From an uncultured Bacilli bacterium (GTDB lineage Bacteria > Bacillota_I > Bacilli_A > RF39 > UBA660): DNA of 64,000 nt. Position 1 is the first letter of the stretch; the number at the start of each line of letters is the position of its first letter. The stretch lies in contig CANQBE010000002.1 in the NCBI GenBank assembly GCA_947589515.1, positions 114 through 64,113 on the forward strand, written 5' to 3'. Below are positions 12,047 through 21,867 of the stretch, in pieces. Both the position numbers and the translations under genes were made by a program. The notes under the pieces are model-generated. The model was not told where the DNA came from. It ran no database searches and was given only the letters and a program-made list of their open reading frames with translations.

Positions 12047-13066
12047 ATGTTTAATAAACTATATGAGAAAATAATAAGCTTTATCAAAGAAAATTATCTA
12101 TGGTTACTTTTTTACCTAGTTTTTATTACGACAATGACTTATCCTCTTCCATATTATATTTATACAGGTGGAGGTATTATCAATATCGATGATAAGATTG
12201 AAATTCAAAATGCAACCCGTTCAACAGGAAATTATCATATGTGCTATGTTTCTGAAATTCAAGCAATTTTTCCCACTTATTTACTATCTTATCTAATTCC
12301 TAGTTGGGATTTAGTTCCAAAAGAAGAAGTGACCTTAACCGAAAAAGAAACGAAAGAAGATTTATTATTAAGAGATCAAATCTATTTGCAAGAAGCCAAT
12401 CAAAATGCCGTTTTAACTGCCTATTCCTATGCCAATCGTCCTTATCAGATTGAATCCAGTCATCCATATATTATCTATATTGATGAAAATAGTGATACTA
12501 ATTTAAAAATAGGGGATGAACTATTAACGATAGAAGGAAATAAAATTGTAACGGTAGACGATATTACCCAAATTTTAAATGAAAAAGAAATAGGAGATCA
12601 AGTCCAAATAAAAATTCGAAAAAACAATAAAGAAATTACCAAATATGCAACCGTACAAAAAATGGATGACAGCAAGAAATTGGGAATTATAGTAGAAACC
12701 GTTTATGACTATGAAACAACACCAAAAGTAAACTTTCACTTTTCTAGTAACGAATCAGGTCCAAGTGGAGGATTAATGCTAAGTTTAGCTATTTATGATA
12801 AATTAGTAGAGGAAGATATTACGAAAGGTTATAAAATTGCTGGTACAGGGGCAATTGATAATGAAGGAAATGTCTCATCCATTGGGGGAGTCAAATATAA
12901 ACTAAAAGGTGCTGTCAAAGAAAAAGCAGATATCTTTTTAGTACCTAATGGAGAAAATTATGAAGAAAGCATAGCCTTACAGAAAAAATATCATTACGAT
13001 ATTAAAATTATAGGAGTAGATACTTTTCAGGAAGCAATTACTAGTTTAGAGAAGATAAAAAACTAG
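12047..13066 (+). CDS. YlbL/SepM-like membrane-anchored PDZ plus Lon-C (S16) protease-domain protein
   Basis: N-terminal TM, a PDZ-like middle region, and the Lon C-terminal motif SGPSGGLMLSLAIYDKL. Confidence 0.65.
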   Translation: MFNKLYEKIISFIKENYLWLLFYLVFITTMTYPLPYYIYTGGGIINIDDKIEIQNATRSTGNYHMCYVSEIQAIFPTYLLSYLIPSWDLVPKEEVTLTEKETKEDLLLRDQIYLQEANQNAVLTAYSYANRPYQIESSHPYIIYIDENSDTNLKIGDELLTIEGNKIVTVDDITQILNEKEIGDQVQIKIRKNNKEITKYATVQKMDDSKKLGIIVETVYDYETTPKVNFHFSSNESGPSGGLMLSLAIYDKLVEEDITKGYKIAGTGAIDNEGNVSSIGGVKYKLKGAVKEKADIFLVPNGENYEESIALQKKYHYDIKIIGVDTFQEAITSLEKIKN

Positions 13067-13124
13067 TTTTTGCTTCTTTTTTTGAAAGAAAATGTTATAA
13101 TATTTACAGAAAGCAATTAGGAGA

Positions 13125-13970
13125 ATGCACATGGAAGAAGTAAAAAAAATAAAAATAACATTTGAAGATGGAAAAACAATGACTACTTACTATGGTCCAG
13201 ATAATCGTATTGGAGATAGCTATTGGGTTACCGTTTTCCATCACATGAGAAAATATTTTTGTTTAATCAATAAAAATGGAAAGCCAATTACTTCTCTTTT
13301 AACAAAAGAATTAATGAGCTTTTTCTATACCAAGGATCGAAATGACATTTTATTAGAATTAAAAGGGCAAAATGAAACACATTCTAACTTCTACCATTTC
13401 CAAAAAAAAGAAAAAGAATATCATTGTGTATTCTCAACAGAAAATAAAGACCATATTTTCTTTCAAATGCAACAAATAGATAATAGCGACTACTGTTATC
13501 TAATATCTGCTAATCAAAAAATGGCATTATATTCTTTAAAAGATGCCAAACAAATCACACCATTCTTTGATGAATTAGAACTAGTAGACGAAGATTCTAC
13601 ACATTTAGCATTCTTTTCAGAAAAAATCATACTAGAGGAAGATGAAGAACAAGAAAAATTTATTGCTACAGAACTAGTGGGTTTTATTGGTTATCAAGGA
13701 GAATTTTCATCTCGCATTTATGATACCAATTCTTTAATTTATCATAATGATGATCAAAGATATTATATAATCTTACAAAGTGGTTTAGAAGGTATTAAAA
13801 AATTTCAAGAATTATGTTTTCGCATCACATTAGCATATCAAAATTATTATAGTGAAGTAGATAGACAAAATGATGAAGTAATTAGCGAATTATTTTTAGA
13901 AAAAATAGAAGTAAAAGATAGACCTAGTTATCAAAATCCTGCTAAAATTATACCATTTCCAAAGAGGTGA
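13125..13970 (+). CDS. hypothetical protein (281 aa), closely upstream of mutS
   Basis: Long ORF with a plausible start. Its TGA stop at 13968-13970 lies 5 nt before the mutS ATG. No recognised motifs. Confidence 0.5.
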   Translation: MHMEEVKKIKITFEDGKTMTTYYGPDNRIGDSYWVTVFHHMRKYFCLINKNGKPITSLLTKELMSFFYTKDRNDILLELKGQNETHSNFYHFQKKEKEYHCVFSTENKDHIFFQMQQIDNSDYCYLISANQKMALYSLKDAKQITPFFDELELVDEDSTHLAFFSEKIILEEDEEQEKFIATELVGFIGYQGEFSSRIYDTNSLIYHNDDQRYYIILQSGLEGIKKFQELCFRITLAYQNYYSEVDRQNDEVISELFLEKIEVKDRPSYQNPAKIIPFPKR

Positions 13971-13975
13971 AGAGT

Positions 13976-16519
13976 ATGTTACGAAGTGAAGTTGATAAAA
14001 ATAAAATTTCTCCTATGATGCTACAGTATTTAGAAATAAAAGATAAGTATGAAGATACCATTATCTTTTTTCGTCTAGGGGATTTTTATGAAATGTTTTT
14101 TGAGGATGCTATTTTAGCGAGTCGAGAACTAGAATTAACGCTAACAGGTAAAAATTGTGGCCTAGAAGAAAGAGTTCCTATGTGTGGAATTCCCTATCAT
14201 GCTTATAAATCTTATCTAGATAAATTAATTGAAAAAGGATACAAAGTAGCAATTTGTGAACAACTTACGGATCCCAAAGAAACAAAAGGAATGGTAGAAA
14301 GAGATGTCATCCAAGTAGTTACTCGATTAGACGATAGTTTAAATTCAAAAGACTATAACTATGTGGGTAGTATTTATGACTTTGAATACTGCTATGGATT
14401 AAGTTTTATTGATATTTCAACAGGATATTCCTATGCTATGATTATCGATCATGAAATCGAAAAAGTAGAAAAAGAGATTTTAAATTATAATATTACAGAA
14501 ATCATTGTAAATAGTAAAATAGATCGTGGATTTATCAATCTTTTAAGAGAACAATATGGGATTTTAGTCACCATTCGTGATAATCTATACGAAGAAAATC
14601 ATTATGATTACCTATGTCAAGATACAAAAGATATTAGAATTACTACTTCGATGAAACATTTGATTTCTTATCTTTTAGAAACTAAAAAAGGAGATTTATC
14701 CCACCTACAAAAAGTAGAATTAATAGAAAAACAAAAATATCTATTATTTGATGTTCATACTAAGAAAAACTTAGAATTAGTAGAAACGATTCGCAATCGA
14801 GATCGTACTTATTCTTTATTATGGTTGTTAGATAAGACTAAAACCGCAATGGGAAGTCGTTTTTTAAAACAAAACATTGAACACCCATTAACGGATATTC
14901 AAGAAATCAGTCGCAGACATCAAATCATTGAAAAATTATTAACGGAATTTATTTTAAAAGAAGAATTACGTCAAGAATTAGATAAAGTATATGATTTAGA
15001 ACGTTTATCTAGTCGAATCAGTTATGGAAACAGTAATGCTCGTGATATGATTCAATTAAAAAATTCTTTATATGCATTACCAAATATTAAAAGAATACTA
15101 GAAGAAATCCAATATGACCAGCAAATAGAAGTATTAGATGATCTGTATCAACTATTAGAAAAAGCAATTTCACTAGATAGTCCAATTGGTTTACATGAAG
15201 GTGGATTAATCAAAGAAGGATATAATCAAGAATTAGATGAATTAAAAAATATTCGTAAAAATAGTAAAGACTTTATTTTAAAACTAGAAAACGAAGAAAA
15301 AGAAAGAACTGGTATCAAGAATTTAAAAGTTGGATTTAATAAAGTATTTGGCTATTACATTGAAGTAAGCAAAGGAAACATTTCTCAGATAAAGGAAGAA
15401 TATGGTTGGATAAGAAAACAAACTCTAACAACAGGAGAACGCTACATTACTCCTTTACTAAAAGAAAAAGAAGATATTATTTTAGGAGCAGAAGAAAAGA
15501 TTATCAATTTAGAGTATAAATTATTTACCGAAGTAAGAGAAAAGGCTAAAACCTATATTGGTAGAATACAAAAAATTTCGAAAACGATAGCAGAAGTAGA
15601 TATGCTATTATCTTTTGCTTTGGTATCAGAAGAAAATAATTATATTCGACCAACCATTACCAATGAACATATCATTCAGATAAAAGAAGGAAGACACCCC
15701 GTTGTTGAAAAGGTAAATAAAAAAGAATATGTTGCCAATGATATTATGATGGGAAAAGATACTAATATTTTATTAATTACTGGTCCCAATATGGCCGGAA
15801 AAAGTACCTATATGAGACAACTTGCTATTACCGTAATCATGGCACAGATTGGTTGTTTCGTACCTTGTAAAAGTTGTACGATGCCGATTTTTGATCAAAT
15901 TTTTACTAGAATTGGTGCTAGTGATGATTTAGTAAGTGGGGAAAGTACGTTCATGGTAGAAATGAAAGAAGCCAATACTGCCATCCAACAAGCAACAGAA
16001 AATAGTTTAATTTTATTTGATGAATTAGGTAGAGGAACTGCTACTTATGACGGTATGAGTTTAGCACAAGCTATTTTAGAATATATTCATGATAAAATTA
16101 AGGCCAAAACTTTATTTTCTACCCATTATCACGAATTAACTAGTTTAGCTAACGAATTACCACATTTAAAAAATGTGCATGTAAGTGCTATTGAAGAGGA
16201 AGGGAAAATTACTTTTTTACATAAAATTAAAAATGGTGCTGTCGATAAAAGTTATGGTATTCATGTAGCTAGTCTTGCTCATTTACCTGATGAATTAATT
16301 AAACGAGCAGATGAAATTTTAAATATCTATGAACATAAAAGTATTAAAAAAGAAACCTTTACTCAAACTAGTTTATTTCTAGATATTGATACTCCTAAAA
16401 AAGAAGAAAAAGATGTAATCTATGAAAAATTAGAAGCATTAAATCCACTAGAAACAACTCCAATAGAAGCATTGAATCTTCTCTATGAATTGAAAAAAGA
16501 AATACAAAAGAAATCATAA
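13976..16519 (+). CDS. mutS: DNA mismatch repair protein MutS
   Basis: N-terminal mismatch-binding start (SPMMLQYLEIK, GDFYEMF), Walker A GPNMAGKSTYMRQ, and STFMVEM/DELGRGT motifs. ATG at 13976 follows the AAGAGG RBS; the ORF track starts at GTG 13967. Confidence 0.9.
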   Translation: MLRSEVDKNKISPMMLQYLEIKDKYEDTIIFFRLGDFYEMFFEDAILASRELELTLTGKNCGLEERVPMCGIPYHAYKSYLDKLIEKGYKVAICEQLTDPKETKGMVERDVIQVVTRLDDSLNSKDYNYVGSIYDFEYCYGLSFIDISTGYSYAMIIDHEIEKVEKEILNYNITEIIVNSKIDRGFINLLREQYGILVTIRDNLYEENHYDYLCQDTKDIRITTSMKHLISYLLETKKGDLSHLQKVELIEKQKYLLFDVHTKKNLELVETIRNRDRTYSLLWLLDKTKTAMGSRFLKQNIEHPLTDIQEISRRHQIIEKLLTEFILKEELRQELDKVYDLERLSSRISYGNSNARDMIQLKNSLYALPNIKRILEEIQYDQQIEVLDDLYQLLEKAISLDSPIGLHEGGLIKEGYNQELDELKNIRKNSKDFILKLENEEKERTGIKNLKVGFNKVFGYYIEVSKGNISQIKEEYGWIRKQTLTTGERYITPLLKEKEDIILGAEEKIINLEYKLFTEVREKAKTYIGRIQKISKTIAEVDMLLSFALVSEENNYIRPTITNEHIIQIKEGRHPVVEKVNKKEYVANDIMMGKDTNILLITGPNMAGKSTYMRQLAITVIMAQIGCFVPCKSCTMPIFDQIFTRIGASDDLVSGESTFMVEMKEANTAIQQATENSLILFDELGRGTATYDGMSLAQAILEYIHDKIKAKTLFSTHYHELTSLANELPHLKNVHVSAIEEEGKITFLHKIKNGAVDKSYGIHVASLAHLPDELIKRADEILNIYEHKSIKKETFTQTSLFLDIDTPKKEEKDVIYEKLEALNPLETTPIEALNLLYELKKEIQKKS

Positions 16520-16582
16520 GAAGAAATTGACTTTTTATCGAATAGAGTGTATAATAAGTACCACTATGAAAGGGGAGGTATT

Positions 16583-17170
16583 ATGAACGATATCAAACAT
16601 TTAATGATAAATTCAGAATTATATGCTCCAATATTTATGACGAATAATAATGCATCGTTTGATATGATTAAAAATCATATGAAATTGATTGTTCCAAAAT
16701 CAAAAACAAAAGAATTTTACCATAATTTTCAACAAATACTATTTATATATCAAGAATACTATACAAAAGCAATCGATCATACCAAGTTATTTTTACAGCA
16801 AAATAATTTAGAAAAAGAAGTTTTTTGGTTTAATAAAAATGCAGTACCTTTTCCATGTGGTTATTATCAAATAGGAATTGCTTATTTATCGAATCAAAAA
16901 GGTTCCAAAAATCAAGAATTAACCAAAGAAATCACAGAATATATTCAAGAAGCAAGTGACTTTCTAAAAACACCATTCTTCTTGCAATATGATTACCTTA
17001 CAAATGCTTATGGAATTGCTTTAAAAGGAAATCAATATGAAGAATTGACCTTAGCATTTAACAGTTTTGTAGATGAAAATGGTTTAGGCCCATTTCAAAA
17101 CATCAAGGAAGTATCAATCTATGGTGAAATCAATGGAAAAAATTATCCTAGACTAGCAAAAAGAAAATAA
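16583..17170 (+). CDS. hypothetical protein (195 aa)
   Basis: ORF with a strong RBS (AAAGGGGAGG) 6 nt before ATG 16583; followed by a clean terminator. No recognised motifs. Confidence 0.5.
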   Translation: MNDIKHLMINSELYAPIFMTNNNASFDMIKNHMKLIVPKSKTKEFYHNFQQILFIYQEYYTKAIDHTKLFLQQNNLEKEVFWFNKNAVPFPCGYYQIGIAYLSNQKGSKNQELTKEITEYIQEASDFLKTPFFLQYDYLTNAYGIALKGNQYEELTLAFNSFVDENGLGPFQNIKEVSIYGEINGKNYPRLAKRK

Positions 17171-17182
17171 ATAGAGAAATAA

Positions 17183-17210
17183 AAAAAAGACTACAGTTAG
17201 TCTTTTTTTT
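17183..17210 (+). terminator. rho-independent terminator (AAGACTA-CAGT-TAGTCTT followed by T8)
   Basis: Perfect 7-bp stem with a 4-nt loop and a T-run after the stop at 17170. Confidence 0.7.
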
Positions 17211-17276
17211 GAAAATATTTTAAAAAAAGTGACTTTTATAAGAGTTTATGTTAAACTAATAAACAGGTGATGTAAT

Positions 17277-17675
17277 ATGAAAAATAGAAGTGAATTGAGA
17301 GAAATTATCATGAAAGTTCTATACCAAATCTTTATTTTAAAAGAATCTGGTATTGAATTTAATATTCATTCTTTAATCAAAGAACAATTAGAAATAGAAA
17401 ATGATTTTGTAACGACTTCTATCGATAACATTTTAAAGCATCAAACAGAAATTTATGAATTAGCCAATCATTATCTAGAAAGTTGGCCTATGGAACGTTT
17501 AAATAAAGTAGATCAAGCAATTCTATCTTTAGGAATTTATGAACTTCGTTATACAGAAACACCACCAGTTGTTGCCATTAACGAGGCCATTGAACTTTCT
17601 AAAAAATATAGTGATGAAAAAGTTACGAAAATGATCAATGCAGTTTTAGATGAAGTTTATCATGAAAATGAATAG
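17277..17675 (+). CDS. nusB: transcription antitermination factor NusB
   Basis: A 132-aa helical protein directly upstream of xseA, the conserved nusB-xseA-xseB arrangement, with a NusB-like C-terminal motif (AINEAIELSKKY). Confidence 0.8.
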   Translation: MKNRSELREIIMKVLYQIFILKESGIEFNIHSLIKEQLEIENDFVTTSIDNILKHQTEIYELANHYLESWPMERLNKVDQAILSLGIYELRYTETPPVVAINEAIELSKKYSDEKVTKMINAVLDEVYHENE

Positions 17676-17683
17676 GTAAAATT

Positions 17684-18949
17684 ATGGAAGATAAGTATAT
17701 TACTGTTAGTCAATTAAATCGTTATTTAAAATTTAAATTTGATCAGGATACCAATTTAAATCATGTTTTTTTAAAAGGAGAAATTTCTAATTATAAAGCT
17801 CATACACGTGGTCATTTATATTTCACTATCAAAGATGAATCTTCCCGTATTAATGCGGTAATGTTCTATTCTCAAGCCAGTAAATTAAATTTTATTCCAG
17901 AAGATGGGATGAAAGTAATGGTAACAGGTCGTATTAGTGTTTATGAAACAACAGGAGGATACCAAATTTATGTAGAAGAAATGCAACAAGATGGCATCGG
18001 AAATCTCTATATAGAATATGAAAAATTAAAAAAGAAACTGCAAGCAGAAGGCTTATTTGATCCCAGTAGAAAAAAAAGAATTCCTCGTTTTCCAGAGACT
18101 ATTGGTATCATTACAGCTCCAACAGGAGCAGCAATTAAAGATATTTTATCAACCATTAAAAGAAGATGGCCCATTACCAAAACAATTTTATTTCCTAGCT
18201 TAGTACAAGGTGCCAGTGCTGCACCAGAAATTGTTTCCCAAATCCAAAAAGCTAGTGAATACAACTTAGATATCTTAATTGTTGGCCGGGGTGGGGGAAG
18301 TATTGAAGATCTTTGGTGCTTTAACGATGAAAATGTAGCAAGAGCACTTTATGAATGTCCCATTCCTGTAATTTCTGCAGTTGGACATGAAATTGATTTT
18401 ACTATCGCCGATTTTGTTGCTGATTTAAGGGCTCCAACGCCTACTGGTGCTGCTGAAATGGCAGTTCCCAATCAAACAGATTTTTATAATTACTTAAATC
18501 AAGTAAATTTAAGATTAAATAAATCAATGAATCAAAAAATTCAAGAAAACAAAGAAAAATTAAAAACGTTACAGAATAGTTATATATTAAAAAATCCTAT
18601 TTCTATCTATGAAATAAAAGAACAGAAATTTGATACCATTTACGAAAAATTTCGTCTAGTGATGGATTCTTTATTAAAAGAAGAAAGACATCAATTCGAT
18701 TTAAAAATAGAAAAAATGAATTTATCGATTAATCAAATCATAGAAAAAAATAAAAACAAATATTTAATATTTTTAAATAAATTAGAAATATTAAATCCAC
18801 TACTAACAATAAAACGTGGTTATACCATTACTAGAAAAAATGAGAAAGTAATTACTAGTATTAAAAATTTAAAAAAAGAAGATCAAATTACCGTAGAATT
18901 AACAGATGGAAAAATAGATGCAACTATAAATAATATTTTAAAAATTTAG
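17684..18949 (+). CDS. xseA: exodeoxyribonuclease VII large subunit
   Basis: OB-fold N-terminus plus a catalytic core (GIITAPTGAAIKDIL, ILIVGRGGGSIEDLW), followed by xseB. Confidence 0.9.
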   Translation: MEDKYITVSQLNRYLKFKFDQDTNLNHVFLKGEISNYKAHTRGHLYFTIKDESSRINAVMFYSQASKLNFIPEDGMKVMVTGRISVYETTGGYQIYVEEMQQDGIGNLYIEYEKLKKKLQAEGLFDPSRKKRIPRFPETIGIITAPTGAAIKDILSTIKRRWPITKTILFPSLVQGASAAPEIVSQIQKASEYNLDILIVGRGGGSIEDLWCFNDENVARALYECPIPVISAVGHEIDFTIADFVADLRAPTPTGAAEMAVPNQTDFYNYLNQVNLRLNKSMNQKIQENKEKLKTLQNSYILKNPISIYEIKEQKFDTIYEKFRLVMDSLLKEERHQFDLKIEKMNLSINQIIEKNKNKYLIFLNKLEILNPLLTIKRGYTITRKNEKVITSIKNLKKEDQITVELTDGKIDATINNILKI

Positions 18950-18957
18950 GAGGATAT

Positions 18958-19188
18958 ATGGCAAATAAAGAAAAAGAACCTACATTTGAAGAAAATCTTG
19001 AAAAATTAGAAACAATCGTAAAAAAATTAGAAAGTGGAAGTATTCCATTAGATGATGCAATCGAAAATTTTAATGAAGCTATTCGATTAGCTAAAATCTG
19101 CGATGATAAATTAAAAAATGCAGAAGAAAAAGTAAATAAGATATTAAATAAAGAAGGAGAACTAGAAGAATTCAATGTGGAAGAATAA
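18958..19188 (+). CDS. xseB: exodeoxyribonuclease VII small subunit
   Basis: A 76-aa helical protein with an FEENLEKLETIVKKLESG-type XseB motif, 9 nt after xseA. Confidence 0.85.
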   Translation: MANKEKEPTFEENLEKLETIVKKLESGSIPLDDAIENFNEAIRLAKICDDKLKNAEEKVNKILNKEGELEEFNVEE

Positions 19189-19202
19189 TTCTTCTTTTTT
19201 TG
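19180..19202 (+). terminator. terminator hairpin GAAGAAT-A-ATTCTTC followed by T8, overlapping the xseB stop
   Basis: Perfect palindrome plus a T-run. Confidence 0.6.
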
Positions 19203-19279
19203 GCATAATTTACAAGATATATATTTGCATAAATATCTCATAATACTAATGTAGTTAATTTTTAAAAGGAGTGATTGGA

Positions 19280-20275
19280 ATGAATTTTAAAAAGAAACTA
19301 CTCATGTTTTCCTTTCTTCTTTTAACTTTATTTCCATCTATAGTATTTGCATATTCGAATAAAATTATACTAGGTGGAGAAAATATTGGGATAAAAGTCC
19401 AATCTAAATATGTCATGATAGTAGGATTTTACAAAGTAGAAGATAATTATATAGGCGAAGATGCAGGATTACAAGTGGGAGATTTCATTACCAAAATTAA
19501 TGATATTAATGTATCTTCTGTAGAAGAAATGATTTCTATTATCGACAAAAATAAAGAAAAAGGCACAATTGAACTTTCCTTTTTGCGAAACAACAAAGAA
19601 ATGAATACTACATTAGAATTAAAAGAAGATCAAAATGGAATTTATAAAACAGGTTTATATGTAAAAGATCAAATTAATGGAATTGGTACGTTAACTTACA
19701 TTGATCCAGAAACCAGAATATTTGGTGCTTTAGGTCATGAAATTGCTGAAAAATCTACTTTAAAAAAAGTAGAAATTCAAGATGGACAAATTTATCAATC
19801 CGAAGTAACAGGAATTAAGGCTAGTCAAAATGGAACGCCAGGTTCCAAAGAAGCCAAATTTTATATCGATGAAGTATATGGAACTATTACTGCCAATGAA
19901 GAAAGCGGTATTTTTGGTACTTATCAAGAAGAATTTCCTAATGAAGACATCATCGAGGTTGAGGAACCAGACAATGTAAAATTAGGAAAAGCTCAAATAA
20001 GAACAGTTATTGATGGAAGTAAAATGGAAAATTATGAAATTGAAATTCTTCACATCGATCAAAATAATCCAACCAAAAATATTTTATTTCAAATTACTGA
20101 TACGAAATTATTAGAAAAAACGGGTGGAGTAGTAGCAGGAATGAGTGGAAGTCCAATCATTCAGAATAATAAAGTAATTGGTGCTGTTACCCATGTCGTT
20201 GTCAATGATCCAGAAAAAGGATATGGAATTTTTATTACTACTATGTTAAAAGAAGGGGAAAAAAAGAGTGAATAA
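19280..20275 (+). CDS. spoIVB: SpoIVB peptidase (S55 family) with a PDZ domain
   Basis: Signal/TM N-terminus, a PDZ region, and an S55 catalytic segment (GTLTYIDPETRIFGALGHEI ... GMSGSPII). ATG at 19280 follows AAAGGAG. Confidence 0.75.
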   Translation: MNFKKKLLMFSFLLLTLFPSIVFAYSNKIILGGENIGIKVQSKYVMIVGFYKVEDNYIGEDAGLQVGDFITKINDINVSSVEEMISIIDKNKEKGTIELSFLRNNKEMNTTLELKEDQNGIYKTGLYVKDQINGIGTLTYIDPETRIFGALGHEIAEKSTLKKVEIQDGQIYQSEVTGIKASQNGTPGSKEAKFYIDEVYGTITANEESGIFGTYQEEFPNEDIIEVEEPDNVKLGKAQIRTVIDGSKMENYEIEILHIDQNNPTKNILFQITDTKLLEKTGGVVAGMSGSPIIQNNKVIGAVTHVVVNDPEKGYGIFITTMLKEGEKKSE

Positions 20276-20291
20276 TGAATTCACTCTTTTA
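20266..20291 (+). terminator. terminator hairpin GAGTGAAT-AATGA-ATTCACTC followed by TTTT
   Basis: 8-bp stem overlapping the spoIVB stop codon. Confidence 0.6.
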
Positions 20292-20345
20292 TATTTGAAA
20301 TAAAAAGGGTATAATAATAGTAGATAAAATAAAGGATGTGAAGAT

Positions 20346-20987
20346 ATGGCAAGTTCGGTAATTCATATGTGTATAGCTAAAAAAATTAATCAAAAATTAA
20401 AATTTCCAGAAAACATGCTTCTTTTAGGTTCTATTGCTCCAGATCTTAGTAAACACATTGGACAGACAAAAGAAAAAAGTCATTTTTTAACGGAAGATAA
20501 TCATATTGATATCGATAAATTTTTAAAGAAATACCAGTCTCAATTAACAGATCCTTTCCTCATGGGATATTTTATCCATTTATATACAGATTTATTGTGG
20601 GATAAATACTTTGTTAGTGAAATTATAGAAAAAAATACGATTCACTTATTAAATGGTGAAACAATTGAAAAAAATCCTGAGACTTACAAGAAATTAATTT
20701 ACCAAGATTATACCAATTTAAATATTCAACTAATCGATTACTACCAATTAGATTTATCTTTATTCTATGAAGAAGCAGTGATTCCCAAAATTCAAATGGA
20801 TGAAATCCCCGTTGAAAAATTATCGTTATTAATTAATCACACTGGTATTATCATTGAAAATACAAAAGAACAAAAATCTTATACCTTTAATTTAGATAAT
20901 ATTAAATCATTTATTGAACTTTGCTCCACATTAATTATCTCTGTTATCGAAGAACGCTCAAATGAAAAGTTAAATTTCAGAAAGTAA
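20346..20987 (+). CDS. hypothetical protein; possibly a zinc-dependent phospholipase C-like fold
   Basis: Spaced His and Asp residues (H7, D33/H39, H46, H79) loosely resemble metal-binding positions of the Zn_dep_PLPC superfamily. No firm family assignment. Confidence 0.4.
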   Translation: MASSVIHMCIAKKINQKLKFPENMLLLGSIAPDLSKHIGQTKEKSHFLTEDNHIDIDKFLKKYQSQLTDPFLMGYFIHLYTDLLWDKYFVSEIIEKNTIHLLNGETIEKNPETYKKLIYQDYTNLNIQLIDYYQLDLSLFYEEAVIPKIQMDEIPVEKLSLLINHTGIIIENTKEQKSYTFNLDNIKSFIELCSTLIISVIEERSNEKLNFRK

Positions 20988-21422
20988 CAAGAAACGGAAT
21001 TTGTAAGACTAAATTGTAGTTTTATAGAAAGTTTTAAAGGAATTAAACTATCATGTATATAAAATTTAATGTTTCAAAGCACACAAAAAAGTATTAGATC
21101 TAATTTTATGCAAAACTAAATTTCAGAATCTAATATTATATGGTTCATATTTATAGATAGTTATTTTATCATTTAGTAAGCAAAAGCACAAGAATGCTTT
21201 TGCCAAATAATATTATAAATATGTGGTTTAGTCAAGGATCTTCGATGAACTCACTATCGTTCGTCCTTGACTAAATTTATTGAAAGACTAAATTTCATTT
21301 CTTTATCTTTGAACGCAATTTACTTTTTCATTTAACATTATCGAAGAACTAACATGATAATTATTTACTTTTTTTATTTATTGTGTTAGAATGAAAATAT
21401 ATAGTAGAAAGGAGTAAATAGT

Positions 21423-21854
21423 ATGGATTATAATAACGATGACTCAGAAAATACGGACAATCGCGATTTTTCTAGTCATAATTGGGATGATATATCTAAT
21501 ATAGAGACTGATGATTTTGAAGAAAATGAGAATATTAGTGAAGAATTAAAACAGACATTAGAAATAGAACCTGAAAAAGTTTCCAAAAAGAAGAAAAAGA
21601 AAGTAAGCAAAATAATAATAAATGTATTAACAATTATATTATTTATAGTAATCGTATTAGAAGCTGGAATCGGAATTATTAATATGCAACGAATCAGTAA
21701 TAATGAAGATCCTATTTGGTATTTAAATACCAAAAAGACAGAAACCGATTTAAAAACAGTGACAGAATATCATTTAGGTTTGTATAAAATAGTCAAAACA
21801 GATACATCAAAAGAAACAAAGATTACTTTAAAACCATTTTTTTTGAAAGATTAA
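21423..21854 (+). CDS. small bitopic membrane protein (acidic N-terminal domain, one TM, C-terminal extracytoplasmic domain)
   Basis: An acidic stretch of about 55 aa, a KKKKKK stop-transfer, a TM helix IIINVLTIILFIVIVLEAGIGII, then about 60 aa. Good RBS AAAGGAG. Confidence 0.45.
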   Translation: MDYNNDDSENTDNRDFSSHNWDDISNIETDDFEENENISEELKQTLEIEPEKVSKKKKKKVSKIIINVLTIILFIVIVLEAGIGIINMQRISNNEDPIWYLNTKKTETDLKTVTEYHLGLYKIVKTDTSKETKITLKPFFLKD

Positions 21855-21867
21855 ATAGGAGGATAGT

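Noticed and set aside
18007-19241. Minus-strand ORFs 18007-18264 and 18924-19241, antisense to xseA and xseB
   Set aside because: Embedded antisense to conserved genes; low-complexity translations.
21476-21733. 85-aa minus-strand ORF inside the 21423-21854 gene
   Set aside because: Antisense; the plus-strand gene has a strong RBS and a coherent TM topology.
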